A stretch of DNA of 63,911 nucleotides, counting the filler, from Bipalium vagum (Eukaryota): NCBI GenBank assembly GCA_037834085.1. It is 3 parts of 3 records of this genome, joined end to end, with 100 filler letters (N's around TTAATTAATTAA, not from the genome) between each part and the next. Parts side by side here need not be neighbours in the genome. Positions count along the whole stretch, not along the records: positions 1 to 27,581 come from JBBMKC010084974.1; 2 more parts are not named here. One strand, given 5' to 3'. The position numbers and the translations under genes are program-made. Positions 1 to 12,400 of this stretch are shown here, piece by piece. Positions within the stretch are counted from its first letter, which is position 1. Each line of letters opens with the position of its first letter. The notes below the pieces were generated by a model. It ran no database searches. It had not been told where the DNA came from and saw nothing but the letters and a program-made list of their open reading frames with translations.

Positions 1-1599
1 ATACCAAAAGGATCACAACTCGTTCAACATTAAGCAGAAGTAAATTGTGTAGTCACTTGTATTATTATTATCATTATTATTATCAGTATCGAAAACGATT
101 TATACTCTGTGAGCACAGGAGTATTAAATCTAAATTCTATTAAACTCAATAATCAAGCACAGTTGCGCAATCTTTGCTGATTGACGTAGCTTTTAATTAA
201 CCATTTTCTTCCAAGTAAATACTCGGTGCTTCACCGTAGATCAAATAATTCTTTTTGTTATTTCCATTATTTCTTGTTTTTTAAAGTTTACACAGCCGCA
301 AGCTGGTAAACTTCCTGAGGGCTTTAACACACTAGGTTAAGCCTGTGTTTAAAGATTCTGTAGATCAGCAGCAAAACTAATTAATCTTTGTATTACAATT
401 TTCAATAAAGATTTTGCTATTAAAATTTGAGTTATCTTAGTTCATTTACATTTTTCTTGTGATCGATTTATCGAAACATATTTTAGATCTTTTCATATGA
501 TAGGATGTTTAATCCTCAGAAAATATTTTCTTTAAAATGTTAATGTTGAAGCACATAATCACATTGTTTATTTATCATCTGAAACTATTTCTATATTTTG
601 TCTTTTTCTAAAATTTTCTAAAGTTTTTTCATAAAAATGAATTATTTAATAATATGAAAAGGAAATCACCAATTCAATCATTATTTCTTTTAGCTTCTTT
701 CTTTTTTCTATATTAAATTTTATGTATAATTTTAGTCAAGTTGATTGTTTTAAAACTATTTTTTATTAATCTTCTTTAATATCATTTCATGAACTAAATA
801 CCAATCTAAAATTGAACCTTCTATTATATAATTATTTGTATTAAACTTGGTTAACATTAATTTTTCTGAGAAGATTTTTAAAGTATTATTTATATTTTTT
901 GTTTTATATTTGTTATTTTATTATATATTTCTATTTCCGTGGACAATTGATATTTCTTCACTTCTTCCTTGTTCTATTAATAATAAATAATAATGTTTTT
1001 TCTTTATAATATTTGGAATTTACCTTACTGAATTTTAATCCACAATTTCAACTTAATCTTGGAGCAGCATAACAATAACATAAATCAATATCAAAATACT
1101 TTACACATTTTTCTCTTATATTTTCCACAAAATTGGTTAAAATTAAAATATCTAATTTCATTTTAATGTAAAGTTTTTGCTTAAACATATTTTTATATTA
1201 ATAAAGTTTCTGTAATCTTCTAAAAATAGTTGATACTCTTTGCCTAAAATATGTAAATGTTTAAAAATTGAATCAAGACTATTTTTGGAGGAATACCACT
1301 CTTATAATAATGATAATAATTTTTCCTAAAATACCATTCTGTCAACAAGGTAGAACACGATATACAAGTTATGTAAGACACCCAGGTCTTATCTTGCTAT
1401 CCCACTTTAAATCTAAAATAGACTTAAAAAATATATCTAATTTAGCTCGTTAGCTTTTTTCTGGTCTGCTATTGTGAAAGAACCACAAATATGACAGAAA
1501 TAGTTAAGTTTGTTCTTGCAGTTTTTTGGCATTTTCAATAAGTGCTCATTAATAAAGAATATTTAAGCAATATTTTTAAGTTTCATGGTATAATTTATG

Positions 1600-4500
1600 A
1601 TCATCATCTAGACGTACCACCATCATAATTTATATACCAAAATTCATGATTTTAAATGTACTTCCCGAAAAACATAGATGTATCTCAGATACATAAAGGC
1701 TGTAGACCAGTGTAATTTATTTACTTTATAAAATTTTTCTCCATGAACATAATCATAAGTATAAATTACTTTCTTAGGCTCAAGTTTCTTGTAATAAAGA
1801 TTATATTCCTTTAATATTTCATATTTAGATGTACTTTTCAATATTTTACATATTTTTTCAATTGACATTGTAGAATCAATTATTCTTAATCTAAAAATCT
1901 AATATTTTTAAAGCTAAAACTAATATAAATTCCATTATATTTTTAATTTGATAAGAAAGTTCCTTTGTAATATCTTTAAAGAATAAGTGGAAATAATATT
2001 TACTCAGATTATAAAAATAAAATTAAATAATTAAATTTTTAATACTTTTATCATTTATATTACATTTATTATGCGCTGCTCCTCTATATCTTCCGTTTAA
2101 AAATCATAATCTAGAACTTTATTATCTTCTAAATCTAATTGCCAATATATACATTTTCTGAAATTTGAATAAGTGATTTTTTCATTTTCAGATATACAGG
2201 TACCTTTTAATTATTGCATGAAACTTTCTTAGGCATAATTCAGGATTAAGTTTCATTTTATTAAATATTATTAACAAAATAAGCAAACTATATTTATAAA
2301 CGATTATCAATACAATAAGAATTAAAATTACATTAATACAACTTTCATATCAGTAATCACCAGGTGATGGGACCTGCTCAAAATAATATGCAATAATTAA
2401 AAGCCACTCTGTAGTTATTCTATTTTTATAATAATTACTTGCTTTTATTACTGTTTGATATATCATTATTTATTTTATTAATGCAATAAGTAAAATCATC
2501 TAAAACGTTTTCTCCATAAAATTCAAAATATTTATATTCATATAATTCAGAATACTTCGATTTAATATAAGTTCCTACAGCCAAATAAAGTTGTCAATTT
2601 TTTATTATTTGAAATATTTTTATTTATATTTGTGTATTATAAAATTCAAAATCACTATATATTACAAATGATATTTTATTTCTAAAACAATGATTTTATT
2701 GGGTTAGCCAAGGACATATCCTTACCAACCCTTGTAAAAGTAGAAGTATGGTAGAGACCACAACAGGGTTTAGGTTGATTATTATCAATTAATTATTAAG
2801 ACCACAATAGGTTCAGAAATAAATTAATAATTATTATTATTAATTAAATTAATTAAGAAGTACATCCAAATAAAAATTGGGCAATTAATTATTTCTAAAA
2901 AGAATCTAATCTTGACAATCGCGAACCTAAATTGCCAAGATTAGATCAGGGTCCGCAAGAAGGGACCGATTTAGAATTATCAAGCTAAAAAAAGGGAATT
3001 GACATTCCCCATTGATAAAGCTGGTCTACGATTGATTGATCGTATGATCAGAATAGTTTATATAAAGAGTTGGAATCCGCAGTGGATTGCCACAGAATTG
3101 AGATCGAGAACTATTGCTATTATTTTTATCGTCGGAAGATTATTGCTAGAAGAAGAATTATTGCTATTGCGTCGGAAGATTATTGCAAGGAGGAGAACCA
3201 TTAACATTTGCTATTATCTGAAGATTGCTGTAATTCATATTGATGCCCTATATGCGACAGGAGCACACGACGGGTCCTGTGCGGTTAGAGGGTTTCTGAT
3301 CGGACCGGATTGGGCTCAGCTAACCACCCTTTGGACCTGTCGTTCACCAGTGGTGAGAATATTTAAATTTTATTCATTTGTTTTTCTTTCTTTTTAAACA
3401 ATTATTTGATCTTAACATTTAATTATTTGATTATTGATTATTTTAATTATTCGATTTTTAGTGTAACAATATTTGATTATTCTTTTTGTGTAAGAACACT
3501 GACATTCACTGATTATTTGATATTTCTCGTTTGTATTGTTATTTTACAATAAAGTGTTCTTCATAATTGTTTGATTCATTTATTTGCGTACACGTCCAGG
3601 TTAAGTGAAGGGGTCAGTCATTTTTGCGAGCTAGTGTTACGACAGGGTTCATAGTGAGTTAATAACTAAAAACACTTTTATAATTTACAAAAATCTTCTT
3701 TAGGAAAGATAGATTTTACCTATTTTTGTTCTTGACATAATCTAATATATTTATAAAGTAGATTTTGTGATTTATATGAATTTAAATAATTAAGACAAAT
3801 ATTATTATTAAATTTATATGAAAAAATATATTCATATTTTTACATAATACATAATTATTATTCTATAATAATAAACTATATTTCCTTTCTTCTATAGTTA
3901 GATAAGGTATAAAAAGTTCACGATTGATTGATGATATTGTTTTTTTCATTTTTACTATTTCCTGATAATTTAAATACATTTACACTTGTATTATTTTAAT
4001 TATTAATATTTTTATATTTTCTAATTTCATGAAAAAAATTAGATAAATTTAAATTTATTTCATTCATATACGGAACACCATTTTTTACTCTATCTTAATG
4101 AGATTCTGTAGGATGTAGATAAGCAATAACAGAATAAACCAAACATTTTAAATCTTTTTTTAATGTTAACAATATATCTTGTAGAATAAAATGGTAATTT
4201 AAATTATGAAAAACCAATTGAACTTTGATATTTAAATAAATCTAATCTAATTAATTTAATATTCTAGAAATTTCATCTTAATTCTGTATATTTTTTTCTA
4301 TATACTTATTTATTTGATCTTAATTTGAAAAAAAAGATGCTTTTTTATTTCTTCCTTCAAATTTTTTTCTGATTTAAAATAATATGAATATATTAATTCC
4401 TGCTGTTATCCAGAAATATCCCTTTCATAATTATATTGTATTAATATATAATATTTAAATTTATTATTTACTTCAAGATATCTTTCTAATGTTTTCATTA

Positions 4501-4980
4501 ATTTTTTTTTACAATTGTCAATATTTTTGTTATTAATTTCTTTACTTAATTCGATTTTATTATCTGTAAATTTTTTTAATATTATAATCCTATTTTTCAA
4601 ATTCATCATGAAAGATTTCTTTATTAAAATCAGGATCATTAGTTCTATATTTTGATAGAACTAAATAAATATTTTTATATAATGTTGTTCATTATTTTTT
4701 AATTGTTCATTATGATTTTTTGATTTTAAATAACTTAGTAATTTATTTTTGTTTTGAAAATTTCTTTCACAGATTTCAAATTTAAATTTCTTTTTAATCT
4801 CTATTTTATTGGCTGTTCTTATAAACTTTTCTGTACTTATGGACGAGTTCCTTTTATCAATGTTTTCTTCGTTGTTCTCGATTTTGTTTGTTGTCCTTGT
4901 TTTTTCACGTTTTATCGTATTTTCACGATGAATTTTATTATTTTTAGAGATAATTTTCAAAATAATTTTCAAAACTATTT
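1600..4980 (-). mobile_element. Degenerate Maverick/Polinton (adintovirus-like) protein-primed DNA polymerase B relic, interrupted by a repeat at 2703-3660
   Basis: Motifs appear in the expected order on the minus strand despite stops and frameshifts: decayed C2H2 (ICERNF...LKSKNH, ~4720-4790), IVNIK/DLKCLVYSVIAYLHP (~4100-4180), SVNVF (~3975), SFVIYSDFE (~2645-2675), GRYRGAAHNKCN (~2055-2100), FYNLSKYYFHLF (~1980-2015), YISF..IRFLD (~1890-1930), KVIYTYDY (~1750-1775). Confidence 0.8.
2703..3660 (+). repeat. Dispersed LTR-like repeat, copy A (longest)
   Basis: High similarity to 26666-27000 and weaker similarity to 35840-36530 and 46195-46900. Contains a hairpin at 2904-2946, a TATA-like tatataaag (~3059), a gtgag donor-like site (~3353) and AATAAA (~3548). 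Confidence 0.75.
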
Positions 4981-6236
4981 TTGAGCCATTTTCTAGGAAA
5001 ATAAATTGATTGATGGATATAACAATATGGGTATATAAGTAGAGTAAAAACGACTAGTAAAAACTACCGACCCAGCGGCCAACTGTGAGTTATGATCTCA
5101 ACTGCCAATAAACATATGTGGGTTTAGATCTACATTTGTTATAATACAAATAAAGTCTTTATAACAGAGTTTTTTTTTATTAATGAATCTTGGTTTATTA
5201 ACATATAACACTTTTATAATCAGATTTAAAATATTAATATTGATTTCGATTGCTAACCATCAATCTACTTGTATTTAATTAGAGGCTAATAGACAGCGTT
5301 CCTATCGCTTGGATTACAAACTAAAGCTGAAAATTTGACTCTACATGCTAAGCATTATTAAGCCATATGTTATGAAAGTCTTATAATAGTTTTGAGTCAA
5401 ATTTATACTTTAATTTAGATGTAATTGCGAACTTATAGTTGATTAGAGTAACATATTGGTTAAAATAGAATTTGACATTTTTCAACCAATTCTATTTAAT
5501 ATTATTCAGGCTATATTGTGAGAATAATTAAAAATATATTTTTTATAGTTCTGGAACAAATATTTTATCAATACATTTGTACAGAAAAATGACTATAAAG
5601 CAGTTCATGTCAAAGATTGAAAACAAATTATTGAAAATCTCAAATATCTTATCTATTATTTAAATTAACGATAAATTTATCAGTCTTAGTAAAGGATTTT
5701 TAAGAAGTCTAAAACTAAAATTGTAACATTGAAGCAGAAATTTTTACTTAAATCACATGAGTTTAACAATATTAAGCAGGCAGTAATTAATAAGTATAAC
5801 CAATAGCAAATTCTTATTAAGTTAAATTAGTTTAATAAACTAATTTTAGTGAAACCAAATCAGCAGCAATAATTAATTGCATATTTAATATAATAATATT
5901 AAAAATTAAGAATTCATATGTTAATATATATGATTAATTTTAACTTTGGCGAATGTGTTTTAATTAATAATAAATTTGTTCCTAATATTATGTGTTTACA
6001 TATTTATTACGTGTTATTTTTATAAATGCTTTTTAAAATAAATATTTAATTTTATTATTTTCTCAGTTTTGCACTTAAAGACACTATTTGCCATAATTTC
6101 AAACATATTAAACATTATTGATAACATCCCAAATTAAAAGGATAATTTTTCCATGCCAAATTGCCAAATTGGCATGTTTTGCAATTATTTTTGATAAAAT
6201 TAGCCAAACCATAATTTCATTGTTATTAAATTTTAG

Positions 6237-6406
6237 GCAGAAACCTTTAGTAAAAGCGATCTGTATGTTGCACAATCAAATTTTAAAAAATTATTGGAAG
6301 TAGCACTGTCCACTGAAATCGCAAGCGACCAACCTTTGGATGATCCGAAAATCTTGCAGAAAATCCAAGAAATGACAAACGCAATCAGCGAGCCGATCAC
6401 AAATTG
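6237..6406 (+). CDS. mask: MASK first detectable coding exon (AETFSK...KKLLEVAL...DDPKILQKI)
   Basis: ttttag acceptor, open frame, TG|gtaaat donor in phase with the next exon. Resembles the conserved LEALLEAA...ADPEVLRRL segment that precedes the first ankyrin cluster. Confidence 0.75.
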
Positions 6407-9400
6407 GTAAATGAAATCAAATGCCTCCAAAATATATCGATATTTAATTCACTCTGTCTTCCTTTTCAGTTACCTGGTTCCTCTTTTGTTTAGGGACTGT
6501 TCCGAAGGTAATTACGAGGCCGTGAAGGACCACATCAAAAGTTGTTGCGACGTGAACGAAATCGGCCTTGATGGCGAGACTCCCTTGACATGCGCAATCA
6601 ACGCCAAGAATTACGACATAGTGGAACTCTTGCTGAAATCAGGAGTAATATTAATAATCGATTTCTACAACGATATTTATATATCGACAGATTTTTTAAC
6701 AAAAAAACATTTATAATTACAGGCCGATCCCAATCTGCGACCAGAAAAAGTTGAGTCTACCCCGTTGATGGATGCCTCGAATTTCGGCTACAACGAGATC
6801 GTCCACTTGCTGCTTGAGTATGGAGCCAACTCCGACACAAAATCCGCAACGAACAACACTGCGTTGCATTACGCAGCGTGCGGTGGCCATTCGGAATGCT
6901 GTCGATTGTTGCTCGACTATTCCACGGACCGCCATGAATTGTTGGAGGTTCAGAATGAAAACGGGCATACAGCACTCATGGAAGCGGCGACCAGTGGGTT
7001 TTTGGAAACGACAAAGTTTTTCGTCCAGAATGGTGCCCAGATCAATACTCCATCAGCAGAGTTCAAAGAGACTGCCCTAACTTTGGCCAGTTATAAGGTT
7101 TTTATTTATTTATAAATTGCCTTTTGTCAGTCAATAATAATATTTTTTGTATTATAATTTCAACAAATATCTTGTCAAAGCAGTTAAAACATGTACATAA
7201 ATTTCTCATGGTCAATGATCTTTAAAATTTATTTTATTGATTTATTTGTTTTATCGATTTTTAAATAAATTTTCAGTTTTGATTGTAAGAGTTAAAAACA
7301 ATGACAGACTCTAAATTTCATACCCTATCTTCCATTTTGTTAATCCTTTAAATTATACATTATTGATTTATTGAACATTATTTTTTTTTGTTAATTTTTA
7401 TTGATTTTGTAATCTCAACAAATCTCCATATGAGGAGAGTTAAAAGCCGACAGCGTTTTCTCTCTCTATCTTCCCATTTTAACTTATCTAAATCATTTAA
7501 ATTTTGTTTATTGATTTATTTAAATTTTGAAAAATCGATTTTTTAAACAATATTTAATTTTTAATCGATCGCAGAATAATTATCCCTCTTTCAATCTCTG
7601 GTGGGCCTTATGATTTTATTGATTAAATTAAATTTTAAAAGGGTTAGTCTAATTTAAATCTATTCGACTTTGTGGAACAACACGACTCAATAGAAATCAT
7701 TTCACAATATATTTATTGATTTAAGTATATGAAAATCAATTTCAATTCTTCATGTAGAATTTCATTTTTATTGATTAGATCCAAAAATAAATTGATTCCA
7801 TCGTCATTAAAAAAATCAGAGAGGAATAATTTTACTAGGATTCTAGAAAAAATGATTTCCATTGATTTTCATTTACCTATATTATTTGTGATGGTGGATT
7901 TGCTTTTATTGATTGATTAATGTTTAAAACTTTACATTAATACAATCAATCGATCATATTTTCTATAATCAGAGTATAGATTCTCAAGGTGCCTTATTGA
8001 TAATAATAATAATAATAATAGTCATTTGATTCAATGAATATTCTAGTTCCGGAACTTTTTTTCTCGTCTCTCCAGGACTCTAGAACTGGGTTTCTTGTTT
8101 GAATTTTATTTTTTTAAAAAATTTTATTTAAAAAAAATTTAAAAGTCAAACCAGTTTGATATTTTATTTGAAAACGTTTGTTTTCTTTTTTTGGGAAAGG
8201 GGGAATACAAAACATTTTACACTTTGTTTTTTCCTGTTCGTGAGATTTGTTTCTATTTTCCAAAGTTGATTGATTTCTGTGCCAAATTATCTTGTGTTTG
8301 TGATGATGACAGAGCTGGATTGTGCCACTGTGCGTCGTGTGTATGCATTTTGATAATAACACCATCCCTCTCTTTCTCTGTAAATATAAAAAATTTGATT
8401 CTCTCTCGTTTTATTTTTGGTTTTTGGAATCCTAGAGCCTGACATTTCACAGATAGAATTTCAATTTGCACAATATCACTGTCGATTTTAATTTATTTTC
8501 GTTAAGTGTTGGATAAATTGAAAAATCGTGTCTGGATTTGTGTTTCTTCATTTTCCTAAAGCGTTTTTAAAACATGTTTTCTTACTCCACCGTAAAATGA
8601 CAATGAAGAAAAGAGAAAGAGTATTATTATCTTATTATTGATTTGTTTTAGAAAATATTTAGTATCTGCTTCTTTATTTTAAAAAAAAGTGAATAAGAAA
8701 GATCAATTTTGAAATATTATCTATTTATTATTGATTTTGTTATAACTATTGATTTATTGATTTATTTTAATATTTTTTAATTTTTAGTATTTCGCGTCCT
8801 TCCTTTTTTGATAGTTTTTCCATTATTTCCACCTACCATTATTCCACGCCCACCACCACATATTGTCGACCGGATTTCTTAAATGTATATTTCTCGTTGA
8901 AGGAAAGCTTCAAGATAAAAGGCAGATAGCTAGCCAATTTTAATAAAATAATTATTTTTCTTATTTATATCATATGTATAACTTTATAAAAATTGCTATG
9001 GAAATGATGTGTAAATAAATAAAAATTCTCTTTGAATTGGAAATTGATTAATTTTCGTCTCTCAATTATCGATAATCTTTAACTGAAAAATAAAGTCTGG
9101 AAATTATTTTTCCATAATTCTCTCTGTATTCACAATTTTTTTTACTCTTTAAAAATTGTAAACTCTGCCTTGCTCTTTCTTTTTTGTGTTGTTTCTAACT
9201 GATAATGTTTTTGATAAAATTAAAGAATTGTGTGCCTTTTTCTTTCGCCTTTCTCATTTTGAAATATATTTCAATTGTAATTTCAATGAATTTTTTCATA
9301 AATAATTCCTTTAGTCGTCTTTTTAATTAATAATATTAGAGATAAAATTGATATTGCTTGATACTTTAAAATTGGACTCTGATTTTCTAAAATTGGAAAG

Positions 9401-12400
9401 ATTCTGATTTTTATTTATTATCTATAGTTTTTATAGAGATAAATTTAATTTTAAATAGATTATAAATTTTCACTATATTATTATTATGTCTATCAACAAT
9501 TTCATTGACAGTGACAAGATATCCATTTAAAATCAAACGACAAAACGTCTTTTATCCTATACTATGAAAAAATGTTATTTGAAAAAAATCAATATCTTGA
9601 CTGTTTTGATTTTCTCAAACTTATTTTCTAAGAAAAAGATAAAATTTCAAATGCTACCATCGATTTATATTCACTTTTAATTTTTAAAAATTATATTCTA
9701 AGAATATAATTAAAAAATTAACATTAGATTTGATATCGATTTTATTATATTACATTTTCGAATATTGATTTTTATGAGACTAACAAAAAATATTTAACTC
9801 GATATATTGATATATTTAAACAGAAATTATTCTGATTTTAAAATCATTGGAAAAAATCTTTAGAAAATATGATTTTTATTGATTAATTTTTGTGAAATAC
9901 TTCTATTATTGAAAATTATTTTGGGTGCAATATTGATTTAAATTGGGAAATATTTAGTTTGCTAAAAGAAACAATCGTAGTTTTTCAAGAAATCTCTGTT
10001 TTAATAAAAGAAATAAAGAAAATAGAACTCTTTAACAATACATATTATCGATTATAACAGTGATCGATTTTTTCACTAAAGTGTGATTGAAAAGTATTAA
10101 ATAATTTTCAAAGAAAAGACGAGATAATTTTTTATATTTGGAGCATCATATTACGCTTGATAAATAAAATTGTAACACATGTAAAGATTTTTTGTATGGT
10201 GTTTGTGCTCAATGGTATGGTCTGTGATCTCCATGGCTACATGATATGAGTTAAAAATCTGAATTGAGAAACGACAAGAAGCTTGCACAAAATAAAACAT
10301 TGCAAAATCCGATCTTTGAATCGATTAAATTAATAACGCTTCTTTTTCTTAAAAACCAGCCCTTCAGTCCTGAAAATCAACTGGCTTCTTATTCCTTTCA
10401 CAGCACAACTTCTCTTTCTTTTCGTTAGCACAATCGAAAGATTGTCGTTGCAATTGATCTAATCAATTTTCAATCTAACTTAATTAAGTAACTTAAAATC
10501 GATTTGATTACGATTTTGTGGTGATGTAACGTCGTTGATATATTATTTACTGTATTCTATTTTGGCTTGGTAGCTGTTACTCATGAGAAATTAATTAACT
10601 GTAGAATGTATCTAATTATATCGAAAAACGGTGACAAGCGCTGATGCTTACTAGGCGCGCGCGCTGTCGATCCAGTCACTTCTCGGCTACACTAAATCGG
10701 TAGATAATACTGGCAGGATAAACTCATTTCACACATCTTTTTCATTGTAAATTGTTGTAGAATTTTATTTCAATTCAATAAACCATTGTTCAGTTCTATG
10801 ACTTGGTACTAATTTCAAATCAAATTTTGATTTTATTAATAAAATGTGACATAAATCACTCAATCTTTGATTTGACTCAAAAATCGATAGGAAAAATCAG
10901 AATTTAATCTCACTGTTGTAAAATCAATAAAATAATTTTTCTTGAAAATTATTAATATTTTGTTGAAAATTCTTTAATATCACAAGAAATAGGAGGCGGA
11001 CCTTTGAATGGGTCATGTAAGGCATAATGTAACATGTTATAGAAGATTAAGTAAAAAGAGATAAATTGTGTGTCAGCGATATTCTGTAACAAAACTGACA
11101 TGTCTGTGATTGGTGCGTGAGATTTTCGTTATAATTGGCATTAAATTTATTATAAACAATCAATTAATTACTCATGTTATATCACACTCGATCACTTCCT
11201 CAACAGATTAGATATCAATAATAATATTATTATTATTAAATAATTAATCAATAATAGTAAAATATTCAATTCGGTTCATTTTGATAATCACATTTTTGAG
11301 CTTCTTATAATATGGAGCTTTAATAGAAAAAAAATAGAAAAAGTAAAAAATTCATGATTAGTGAAGTTAATTAATTTGAAAGATTACTTTTCATAAAATA
11401 TAATTTGAAAATAACAGAAGTGAAATTGTTTTTAATGTATTTTTGGTATCGATTGTTATATGGGTATATGGATTTCTTAAAACACTCAATTATTAATTAT
11501 TACACCCTGGCTGCTATGGTTGATGTTTGTGTTCTAGTTAATTGTTATTAATTGTTTAATCAATTTTAAGCAACATAAGCGTTCAAGAGACTTAGCTAAG
11601 ATGAAAAAATAAATCTAAATAATAAAGATAAAGTAATAATAATCGATAAAATGAATAGTTTTTTATATTTCTTTTCACACTGTAATTAGGATTGTCATTA
11701 GTCCGATGTTTAGTTGCAAAGTTTCTATTTTCTTTTTCTATATCAATTAAAACAAAGATTTTCTCAGAAAAATCGATTTTCAATATTTTTTGATAATTCT
11801 TCATCTACATTGATATCAATTGATTTATTAATTATTTTGTATACAATCTAAAGATTTTTGTTTCCTTCGCTATAAAAGTGAAAGTCGGTCATGGAAATAT
11901 TAAAATTATTATTATGTGCCAGGGTTACAGTGACATTGTACAGTTTCTCTTGGAAGCGGGGGCGGATCATGAACACAGAACAGACGAAATGCACACAGCA
12001 TTAATGGAAGCTTCCATGGAAGGTCATATTGAAGCAGCGAGAGTGTTACTAGATTACGGTGCCCAAGTCAACATGAGAGTTGACAGTTTCGAATCGCCGT
12101 TGACATTAGCTGCGTGCAGCGGACACACCGATCTTGCCGGTTATCTTATTAGTTATGGAGCCGATATCGAAGAGGTCAATGATGAGAGTTATACACCCCT
12201 CATGGAAGCCGCAAGAGAAGGTCATTTGGAAACCGTTGTTATGTTACTGGCTTTAGGTAAGTTTTTGTTCTTTATGATGGACGAAAAAAAATCAATTATA
12301 TTATCTTTTTAACAAAGGAGCCCAAATCAATCGTGTAACAGAAGAAACCCAAGAAACAGCAATGACTCTGGCAGCGTGTGGTGGCTTTTACGATATAGTT

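Noticed and set aside
2999-3397. 132-aa ORF
   Set aside because: TTG start inside the LTR-like repeat; the frame is not kept in other copies.
8191-8442. Cys-rich 83-aa ORF in MASK intron 3
   Set aside because: Starts at TTG, Cys content comes from TG-rich sequence, and there are no splice sites fitting MASK phases.
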